A stretch of 64,000 bases of DNA, taken from the NCBI RefSeq assembly GCF_013004595.1, contig NZ_JABEMC010000001.1, forward strand, positions 434,001 through 498,000. Direction: 5' to 3'. The position numbers and the translations under genes were made by a program. Source of the DNA: Brevibacterium luteolum. GTDB taxonomy: Bacteria; Actinomycetota; Actinomycetes; Actinomycetales; Brevibacteriaceae. This document shows, one piece after another, positions 31,101 to 37,410 of this stretch (position 1 is the stretch's first letter; the number at the start of each line of letters is the position of its first letter). The notes under the pieces were generated by a model. The model was not told the DNA's origin. It saw only the letters and a list, made by a program, of their open reading frames with translations, and ran no database searches.

Positions 31101-33217
31101 GCGTTGAGTGCGCGCTTCCCGACGAGGGCCTGGCACCAGGGGAGAAGGCCACCTGTGACAGCGTCACCTACACGCTCACCCAGGGCGACGTCGACGCCGG
31201 GAAGGTGACCAACACGGCTACCATCACCGGCACCGACACGAAGGGCACCACCACCTCGGGCGAGGACGACGCCGAGCGCACGTTCACCGCCGAGACCGCC
31301 CTGAGCCTGGAGAAGCAGGCCGGCGCCGTCACCGACGCCAACGACAACGGCCGCGTCGATGCCGGTGACACGATCGACTACACGTTCACGATCACGAACA
31401 CCGGTGCGACGACGCTCGATGCGATCAGCCTCGACGACCCGCTGCTCGGCGGCGACGTCAGCTGCCCGGCGCTGCCCGATGAGGGACTGCCGCCAGGCGA
31501 GTCGCTCGAGTGCGGACCGCACACGTACACGATCACGCAGGACGACGTCGATGCCGGTGAGGTGACGAACACAGCGACCGCCGGCGGTGAGCGCGAGGCC
31601 GGGAACAACCCGCCGGACGCCACCGACGAGACGCGCACGCCGATCGACGGCAGTGCGAGCCTGGCGGTGATCAAGACCGCCGGTGACATCGTCGACGCCA
31701 ACGGCAGCGGCAAGGTCGATGCCGGTGACACGATCGAGTACACAGTCGCCGTCGAGAACACCGGCACGCTCACCGTCCGCGACGTCACCGTCACCGACCC
31801 GCTGCTCGGCGGGGAGATGACCGACTGCAGCCCAGCCGTCCCGGCCACGCTACAGCCCGGTGACGACCCGCTGACCTGCACCGGCACCTACACGCTCACG
31901 GCTGCCGACCTCGACCGCGGATCGGTCGAGAACACGGCCAAGGCGAGCGGGACGTCAGGACCGGACGACGCACCGGTCGAGGATGAGAACACGATCACGA
32001 CCCCGGTCGACGGCAGCGCGGCAGTCTCGCTGTCGAAGACCGCAGGTGCGGTCGAGGACACCAACGGTAGCGGCCGCATCGATGCGGGTGACCAGGTGAG
32101 CTACACGTTCACCATCACCAACACCGGTGACGTCGGCCTGCGCAGCGCCACCCTGACCGACCCGAAGCTCGGCCTCGACGGGCACGACTGCCAGCTGGCA
32201 GACACCCTCGAGCCAGGCGAATCGGCAGAGTGCCAGGCGCCGGCCTACACGCTCACGCAGGAGGACATCGACGCCGGAACGGTGGAGAACACCGCGACGG
32301 TCGATGCCGTCGACACCCGCGACCGCACGGTCAGCGCCGACGATTCGGCAGACGTGACCTTCGATCGGGAAGGCGGCGTCGAGCTGAAGAAGGAGGCCGG
32401 CGAGGTCACCGACGTCGACGGCGACGGCATCGGGGCAGGGGACACGATCTCCTACACCTTCACCGTCACCAACACCGGCACGACGACTCTGACCGACATC
32501 GCGGTCACCGACCCGATGCTCGACGGCACCGAGGTCACCTGCGCGCAGACGACCCTGGCGCCAGGGGAGTCGACGCAGTGCGGCCCGGTCGACTACGAGC
32601 TCACGCAGGCGGACGCCGATGCCGGTGAGGTGACCAACTCCGCGAACGTCACCGGCAAGCGGCCGGACGGCGAGACCGAGACCGACGAGGACTCGATCAC
32701 GACACCGGTGCCGGCGCAGAAGTCGGTCAAGCTGGAGAAGCACGCCGAGGGTCCGAAGGACACCAACGGCAGCGGCAAGGCCGACGCCGGCGACACCATC
32801 GAGTACAGCTTCACCGTCACCAATGACGGCCATGTCACGCTGACCGAGATCGTCATAGACGATCCGCTGCTCGGCGGTGAGATGGCCTGCGACATCGGCA
32901 CGCTGGCACCCGGAGAATCCGCGGAGTGCGGCCCGTATCCGTACACGATCACCGCCGAGGACATCGCACGCGGCGAGGTCACCAACGACGCCACGGTCAT
33001 CGGCATCCCCGACGACGGCGACGACGATGACGGCGGCCGCGATGATCACGACAAGCCCAAGCCGCCGCCGACCGAGGACGACGACTCGAAGAAGATCGAG
33101 ACGGATAAGCTGCCGCGCACCGGCACGGAGATCGCCGCGATGGCGATCCTGGCCGCCCTGCTCATCGGAGCCGGCGTGACCGCCGTGCTCGTGATCCGCA
33201 GGCGCCGGCGCAGCTGA
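25181..33217 (+). CDS. Giant sortase-anchored surface protein with 19 DUF11-like Ig repeats
   Basis: Signal peptide ending AEA-K, 19 Y.F.V.NTG..L repeats, LPRTG + TM + RRRRRS. Confidence 0.92.
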   Translation: MPSQSTSQRPDRRFSLREMWRQAAHTPVFRTLAGALALALAVGLGVVAGVIVPAGEAEAKPITPMSQRYNATVNGDFLMVGNGALECDKTKPTWRTDANCTGLHGGSASDSPNDFLWMKNSVNGAAGMGANSSSASVTVPAGAKVVKAQLYWSGNTGYVNGVAGVRCTANARGTLPNWVASEGSPQSTRPRISVAGSAPVSVDVGRYTQESNADLGSNGIQYYSASADVTAQFANVPTGSAQTVTVGNLWSVQGYGCYTGWSLAVVYDFGTFVPGNAAAAARTVILYDGHVRKQPGEQSENVTFDGFTAQGPGARAGFSLYEGDRSISGDTARYRTSSSPTLREIPNAYGETGNIGVSRAEGSQNYRSYPNSNPFVNASVDVLTTSLPNVREGDTSTTLSLSTTGDSYLLQNSIFSVPTGAVRIKKSFNGTDDTQTVKQGERPSYTITVTNSGSTELRNVRVEDPAAPECARTIGSMPAPTADGYEQTYTCEGPETSQPLTNTASVKASTPNGADLASSDTSQVETAGIDVSKNADPTVVPAGEDVTWTISVTNSGSVPLENITIEDSVLDSCDQSDLSLAPYESREFTCSGPVTGVTTNKVTATGEAGSLTVSDEATASASAIALQLQKQAGAFTDVDNSGTQNAGDTIEYTFKLTNSGSAPLTNLSVSDPKIGDITCPSDTILGVGESVDCTAATYTLTQADVDAGKVDNTATAEATDTNGIATAKAESSATAEISSISSVNLQKSASQITSPDGTPREPEDVVPGDTITYSFSVTNTGTTTLRDVRLTDELLGIDNVACPIPGGALAPGETVECPSETHTITQTDLDDEKLENTATATAQPPLGDRISNDSSITVPVGSDAGALQLIKSITGGSDADGNGRVSAGDTAEYSFTVTNTGNVTLRDLAISDPQAQGDITCEATSLAPRESTTCTGAFHVLTQDDLDSGSFTNTATATGRTPLNQEVSAEDSVTGMVTPASGIKLTKTVADIPEGAGAGTDVEYTFTIENTGETTLRNVTLEDNRLDAPATCDPDTTTLAPGETLTCTGTHALTQDEVDAGVVSNDALATGTPDKGDSVTSDDHTAAVIPTEPSMSAMKSSGEIVDANNNGHVDAGDTVDFSITVKNTSTVTLTDLRVEDPLISDEPLECGTTTIAPLDEVVCGPFTYTLTQADIDAGVIVNNAHVEVTPPSGEKLTDDPVESVIIERDPAISVEKSVSDLKDTDGNGPDPGDTLSYSFEVTNTGNTTVTGIELTDEMLGGVLECGTEFPTTLAPGESATCGPIDYFLSFDDVDAEGVRNTVKVTGDSQGTPVESTDELLTPITGATPSIDLKKTGEHSDVNGNGIVDVGDEITYTFDVTNTGAITLADIELTDPRLGGAVECPEEVLASGSQMTCTGATLTITQEDIDSGSVDNTATVNGKPLNGADEVTDDGSFSLPVTGIPTFTMEKSASSGEDRDGSGTATPGDTIDYTFEVTNTGILTISNLAIDDPKLGEVTCDPSTLAPGASVTCTAEPYEITQADIDAGEVENTATVTGTGPHGDDPEPVTDSAVLPLPSAPDINLVKTSGRPIDDDGNEVGDSPDNPVREGNRIPYTFEVKNTGNLTLTDVVVNDATVSDDPITCEADTLAPGETTTCGPVYYSLTLDDVNARHVLNTATVTGSASNGSEVDATDTVDTAFSGRGALTLTKDNSGVNDIDDNGVDVGDTVDWTFTVRNTGTQTVSDIWIDDELLADSTITCEATELAPGETTDCTVAPAYALTQADVDAGMVENTAIARGRLSEFDIESPETISTVTFTGYGAFELDKTAGDVVDANGNGRTDAGDTITYGFRVENTGKTTLTSVSLDDPKLGLEGVACQLPDGGLAPGAAVDCAEQTYTLTQADIDAGEVKNIATISGRGPGAPPEDSTDEVTKELDTASAIGLEKSVSEVVDTNGDDRVSAGDQVEYSFELTNTGVTTLTRATLTDEKLGLDGVECALPDEGLAPGEKATCDSVTYTLTQGDVDAGKVTNTATITGTDTKGTTTSGEDDAERTFTAETALSLEKQAGAVTDANDNGRVDAGDTIDYTFTITNTGATTLDAISLDDPLLGGDVSCPALPDEGLPPGESLECGPHTYTITQDDVDAGEVTNTATAGGEREAGNNPPDATDETRTPIDGSASLAVIKTAGDIVDANGSGKVDAGDTIEYTVAVENTGTLTVRDVTVTDPLLGGEMTDCSPAVPATLQPGDDPLTCTGTYTLTAADLDRGSVENTAKASGTSGPDDAPVEDENTITTPVDGSAAVSLSKTAGAVEDTNGSGRIDAGDQVSYTFTITNTGDVGLRSATLTDPKLGLDGHDCQLADTLEPGESAECQAPAYTLTQEDIDAGTVENTATVDAVDTRDRTVSADDSADVTFDREGGVELKKEAGEVTDVDGDGIGAGDTISYTFTVTNTGTTTLTDIAVTDPMLDGTEVTCAQTTLAPGESTQCGPVDYELTQADADAGEVTNSANVTGKRPDGETETDEDSITTPVPAQKSVKLEKHAEGPKDTNGSGKADAGDTIEYSFTVTNDGHVTLTEIVIDDPLLGGEMACDIGTLAPGESAECGPYPYTITAEDIARGEVTNDATVIGIPDDGDDDDGGRDDHDKPKPPPTEDDDSKKIETDKLPRTGTEIAAMAILAALLIGAGVTAVLVIRRRRRS

Positions 33218-33327
33218 CCGCCCGCAGGGAGGGGCAACCGCGCCCGAGGCGGTGGTTGCCTTTCGAGCACTGGTCAGGTCGAAAGGAAACCGGTTTCGGC
33301 AAGCGGCAGCGCAGTCTGACAGCGGCA

Positions 33328-33362
33328 CACGGGCGGTGAGTCTTGAGGACTCACCGCCCGTG
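33328..33362. terminator. Perfect 15-bp-arm hairpin between convergent genes
   Basis: CACGGGCGGTGAGTC-ttgag-GACTCACCGCCCGTG. Confidence 0.7.
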
Positions 33363-33440
33363 GCGTGCGTGGGGGGCCTCTCAGGAGCTGTCGCCGGCCG
33401 TCAGCCTGTCGGCACGGCTGCTCCCTATTGGAGCAGCGAA

Positions 33441-33502
33441 GTCAGTGCGCCAGTCAACAAGGTGAGGTCAGTGCGCCAGTCAGCAAGGTGAGGTCAGTGC
33501 GC
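33441..33502. repeat. 26-bp tandem repeat x2.4
   Basis: gtcagtgcgccagtca(a/g)caaggtgag at 33441 and 33467, partial at 33493. Confidence 0.9.
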
Positions 33503-34594
33503 GCGGCGCCGGTCGCTGCGGCCGAGAAAGAAGACGACGAGGCCGATGGCCATCGCGGCGATGCCGACGAGCCCGCCGATCGCCCAGCCGGAACCGGTCG
33601 CGCTGGCCAGGTCGGCGGCATCGTCACCGGCGCTGTCAGCGCCCGCTTCAGCCGACCTTTCAGTCTGCCCACCAGGGGACCCCTCGGCGCTGATGACATC
33701 GTCAGTCGCGGACTCATCGTCATCGGGAGCCCGCGGGACCGGGTCGGCGTAGTTGTACTGCGGCTGCTGATTGCTGCCGTCACCCGTAGGGGCCCAATCA
33801 TCGCCAGCCTGACCGGGGACGCGGACGGACCGGCGGCCGTTGCCGGTGTTCGGGTCCTCCGGGCTGCTCGGCGGCGCTGTGGAGTCCGGCTGGTCGTCCT
33901 CGCTTGGGTCGGGCTCACGACGCAGATCATCGTCATTCGGCGGGTCGTCGTGTGGGGGAGGGGTCGTCGGTTTTGGCGAAGGCTCGCGCGTGGGCCCGTG
34001 GGATGGCGTCGGGTCGCCTGTCGGCGTCGGAGTCGCTGTTGGAGACGGTGAAGGCGGGTTCGAATGGCGGAGCGATTCAAGAGGGATCGGGGCAGAGGTG
34101 ACCTTCAGCTTCCGGTCGGATCCCAATTCGAAAGTAATCTGCGGATCGTCTTTGAACTTGATGCGCTCGCCGGCCCGCGGCATCGAACTCGATGCGGGCT
34201 CAGCATGGTGGGACTTCGCGACGATGAGGAATCCGTCGTCATCTACAGAGCATTCGGGATCGAAGCTGCTGATATTGCAGTCGAAAGTACTGTCTAAATC
34301 GCCGGGTTTCACGACACCGCCGTGACTTTTGACGAACTGGACGGCGCCGTCGATCTTCCGATACTCGGACCTGCCCTTGATGCTGCTCTCGTCCGGGCTT
34401 CGTAGGCTGGACGGGCCATGAGGTTCTGCGCTCGGCAGCGGCACACTGGGCGAAGAAGCTCCGGTGGAAACTGCCGAAGCCTCAGCAGACCCTCCCACGC
34501 CGGGCACAGCGCCGGTGAGCGGCACGCTCAGGGCAGCAACGACAGCAATCGCAGCGGCAACGCGTGCTGCGGCGGTGCGGTGTGGGGTATGCAT
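33494..34594 (-). CDS. Hypothetical secreted protein with Pro/Thr/Asp linker and C-terminal TM anchor
   Basis: Signal-like N-terminus, small globular domain with two Cys, PT-rich stalk, TM + RRR. Confidence 0.75.
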   Translation of the reverse strand: MHTPHRTAAARVAAAIAVVAALSVPLTGAVPGVGGSAEASAVSTGASSPSVPLPSAEPHGPSSLRSPDESSIKGRSEYRKIDGAVQFVKSHGGVVKPGDLDSTFDCNISSFDPECSVDDDGFLIVAKSHHAEPASSSMPRAGERIKFKDDPQITFELGSDRKLKVTSAPIPLESLRHSNPPSPSPTATPTPTGDPTPSHGPTREPSPKPTTPPPHDDPPNDDDLRREPDPSEDDQPDSTAPPSSPEDPNTGNGRRSVRVPGQAGDDWAPTGDGSNQQPQYNYADPVPRAPDDDESATDDVISAEGSPGGQTERSAEAGADSAGDDAADLASATGSGWAIGGLVGIAAMAIGLVVFFLGRSDRRRAH

Positions 34595-34777
34595 CTGTCC
34601 TATAGGGCTCGCTGGCAGAATTCGTCGCCGGTCACGTCTTGCATTGCAAGAATGCATCGACGGCCAACAGTATGATAGCCGCCGGCCGAAGGGCGAACCA
34701 AAGCGAGGCCCCGAAATGGGGCGGCATCCGAGCCGCGCGTCGGCACCGTGAGAGAAGCGGCGTAAGCGACTGACCGG

Positions 34778-36442
34778 TCACCGCTCACTGCGGTATCCCA
34801 CCACTCGGTCGGCGCCCTCTCGGGTGATGGCGTAACCGTCGGCGGCGGTAACGGCCAGGAGGTTCGTGCGCACCTTCCAGGCAGTGTCGGCGCTGACGAG
34901 AACCGGGGTGTTGTCGATGACGGCCGGCACCACATGGCCGCGCGGTTCGGAGAAGCGGGCGTTGGACTCCGAACCGTCGCGCACGAGCAGTCCGTCCTCC
35001 ATCGAGAACAGGTACGGGCCGATGACGGCAAGCTGGTAGCCCTGCCCGCGCACCCAGTCGGCCTCTCCGACGGCGTCGGTCGTCGTCGAGACGGTCGAGG
35101 CGATCGTGCCATCGGACAGCGAATGGACGACGAGCTGGATCCGGTGCCCGGAATTCGTGCTCGCCCCTGGCTGACCCCACAGTGTCACAACCTTGCCGTG
35201 TCCGGCGGTGACCCAGCGGATGATCTGCAGATCATCGCGCGGGGCCTCAAGGTCGAGCGTGCGCTCCTCACCGGACTCGACATCGGTGACTGTGAGCGGG
35301 CCGGCGAAGGTCGCGCTGATGAGATCTCCGCCGTCGAGGGCCATCGGCGTGGAGCCGGCAGCCGGCGTCGGCAGACGGGTGAGCCCGCCCCGGGCGAAGG
35401 TCGAGAGCTCATCACCGTTCTTGATGAGAACATTCGTACCCGCCGACGAGATCCTCGCACCACTCGGCAGCTCGTACTCATGCGGCTCATGGCTGCCGTC
35501 GACCAGCGCGTAGGCGCGATCGCCGATCCGCCACACAAGCGAAGGCCGGCCGTCGATGACAGTGTCGACAGCAAAGCTCGGCGGCTCGTCGATGTCGGTC
35601 TCAAATCGCTGCTGGCCGGTGCGTGCGTCGAGCACCTGCAGCTGGGAGTTCGTGACGACGACGACCCCGCGGGCGGTGGCCGTGACCGAGGCGTGGAGCG
35701 GGATCGTCTCCTCCCACGACGGGGTGGCCTGGAAGCCGGGAACCGGGGCGCCGCCGGTGGCCATCGACAGGCTCTGCTGGGTCGCCGCCCCGTTGGCCGC
35801 CGGGATGCTCTCAGGCGCCTGGCTCTCCGGGGTGCCGATGATGCGCGGCATGATGTAGGCGGCCAGGGCGATGATGAGCAGGATCGCAAGCACCAGAGTC
35901 GGTACCGTCAGCCCGCGCATCTGCAGCCGGCTGCGTGCCCGCTTGACCCGGCGCCGAGGTGTGCCGCCCTTGGACTGGCGGCGCTTGTCTGCTTGCTGCG
36001 GGCTGCCGCGGCGAGAATCCTGTTCAGGAATCGATCCGGTCGGCGGGCCGGTCGGATCGGCCGGCCCGGAGAACCGGTCGCGCACCGGATAGCCGTTCTG
36101 GGACTCAGATGAGGTGAGTGGATACTGCGGCCCGTCAGCGTCATCGCCGGCGACCTCAGCGGGGTCGTCTTCCTCGCTGCCCTGCCCGGCATCTGCGGTG
36201 CCCTCGGTTGCGGAGGCGACCTCCGCCTCGGGCACGGAGCGCAGCCGGCCAGAGGCATCGATGTGCAGCGTCCGCTCGGTCCCGTGGTCGTCGAGCTTGA
36301 CGGTGACTTCGCTGCCCTGCTCGCGCGCCAGCGCCGTCAGGTGCGCGATCGCAGACCCGACATCGGGGTGCTGCGACGTCGTGCCGGCAGCCGTGACCTG
36401 CACGGTCCGGTCAGCGGCGACGCGCACGTGCGCAATGGGCAT
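34778..36442 (-). CDS. Hypothetical single-TM protein with beta-rich extracellular domain
   Basis: 554-aa ORF, RBS GAGG, basic stretch + TM, LDARTGQQRF propeller-like motif. Confidence 0.75.
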   Translation of the reverse strand: MPIAHVRVAADRTVQVTAAGTTSQHPDVGSAIAHLTALAREQGSEVTVKLDDHGTERTLHIDASGRLRSVPEAEVASATEGTADAGQGSEEDDPAEVAGDDADGPQYPLTSSESQNGYPVRDRFSGPADPTGPPTGSIPEQDSRRGSPQQADKRRQSKGGTPRRRVKRARSRLQMRGLTVPTLVLAILLIIALAAYIMPRIIGTPESQAPESIPAANGAATQQSLSMATGGAPVPGFQATPSWEETIPLHASVTATARGVVVVTNSQLQVLDARTGQQRFETDIDEPPSFAVDTVIDGRPSLVWRIGDRAYALVDGSHEPHEYELPSGARISSAGTNVLIKNGDELSTFARGGLTRLPTPAAGSTPMALDGGDLISATFAGPLTVTDVESGEERTLDLEAPRDDLQIIRWVTAGHGKVVTLWGQPGASTNSGHRIQLVVHSLSDGTIASTVSTTTDAVGEADWVRGQGYQLAVIGPYLFSMEDGLLVRDGSESNARFSEPRGHVVPAVIDNTPVLVSADTAWKVRTNLLAVTAADGYAITREGADRVVGYRSER

Positions 36443-36645
36443 GGACAGTTACCTCGGAGGATGCGGCGGGGAAGGGTCGATCCCAGTGTAGGGACACGAT
36501 CTGCTGAAAGGCCTGGCCGAGTCCGAATAGTTATCTGGCAGCGATCCGATCGTGTCCTGGACGCCCGGATGGCAGGTGGGACAGCGCGGTTTGCTCTTCG
36601 CTGGGTGACGTCCTAAGATAGTCGATGCTGTCTGAACGCAGTGAT

Positions 36646-36722
36646 GGTGGCTATAGCTCAGTTGGTAGAGCACCGCGTTGTGGTCGCGGGGGTCGCGGGT
36701 TCAAGTCCCGTTAGCCACCCCA
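36646..36722 (+). tRNA. tRNA-His(GTG)
   Basis: G-1, GTGGCTA/TAGCCAC acceptor, CCGCG TTGTGGT CGCGG, encoded CCA. Confidence 0.96.
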
Positions 36723-36732
36723 TGTGTATAGG

Positions 36733-36770
36733 TCTCGGGGCATTGCTTGCGCGGTGCCCCGAGATTCTTT
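36733..36770 (+). terminator. Intrinsic terminator after tRNA-His
   Basis: TCTCGGGGCATTGC-ttgc-GCGGTGCCCCGAGA followed by TTCTTT. Confidence 0.8.
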
Positions 36771-36788
36771 GTTCGCGAGCGAGTGTCT

Positions 36789-36836
36789 GGGTTAATGCTC
36801 AAAAAGGAGTCCGCACCCCCAAATGAGCATTAACCC
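36789..36836. mobile_element. 48-bp MITE-like element, 13-bp TIRs, 8-bp flanking direct repeat
   Basis: gagtgtct|GGGTTAATGCTCA-N22-TGAGCATTAACCC|gagtgtct. Confidence 0.6.
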
Positions 36837-37410
36837 GAGTGTCTCGCGTCGTCGTTCCGGGTTGCACGTGAGAACCAGCAGATACGACCACGCTTGAGAG
36901 ACTCTCATTCGGGGTCTCGCTGGTGCCCGCACAGTGTCTCGTTTTGACCTGCTCCTATGCATGCAGCTATTGACGACAAGGAGGCGGGACCCGGCGAGTG
37001 TGTGCTACCGGCGTCAGGTCGGTTCGCTCAGGTTGTTCGGTTAACGGTAAAGCGCGAAATGAGCGTGAGACGTGAGTATCCCCAACCTGGGGCGCAGGTG
37101 TGCGATCCCCCGAAACCCTTCTCTGGCGCAAAATTCTCCGGCCGACGTGGATGGAATCGGCTGCAATCACGACCCATTGGGCAGACAGCTGGATCTTATA
37201 GATTTCCGACACTAATTCGGAGTACCTTGCGCAACTCATGATTAGCTTGGTCACTACAGCGTTGCGGCGCCTTCCACTGTACGAAATACGCAGACGCAAC
37301 AACCCCAGTCCGCCTTGCGCACCGACAACTCGCGTTTGCACTTTCATTTTGTTTCCGGTTAGCCGTGTACCATCGATCCAAAGGACGGAGCGTGCGGCAA
37401 GGAGGCAAGT

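Noticed and set aside
27953..31522. 1189-aa minus-strand ORF and similar long antisense ORFs (1532..3469, 17473..20151, 61679..63745)
   Set aside because: Shadow frames of real high-GC genes, with no motifs
33441..33502. Possible mini CRISPR array
   Set aside because: Units are directly adjacent with no spacers, and there are no cas genes in the window
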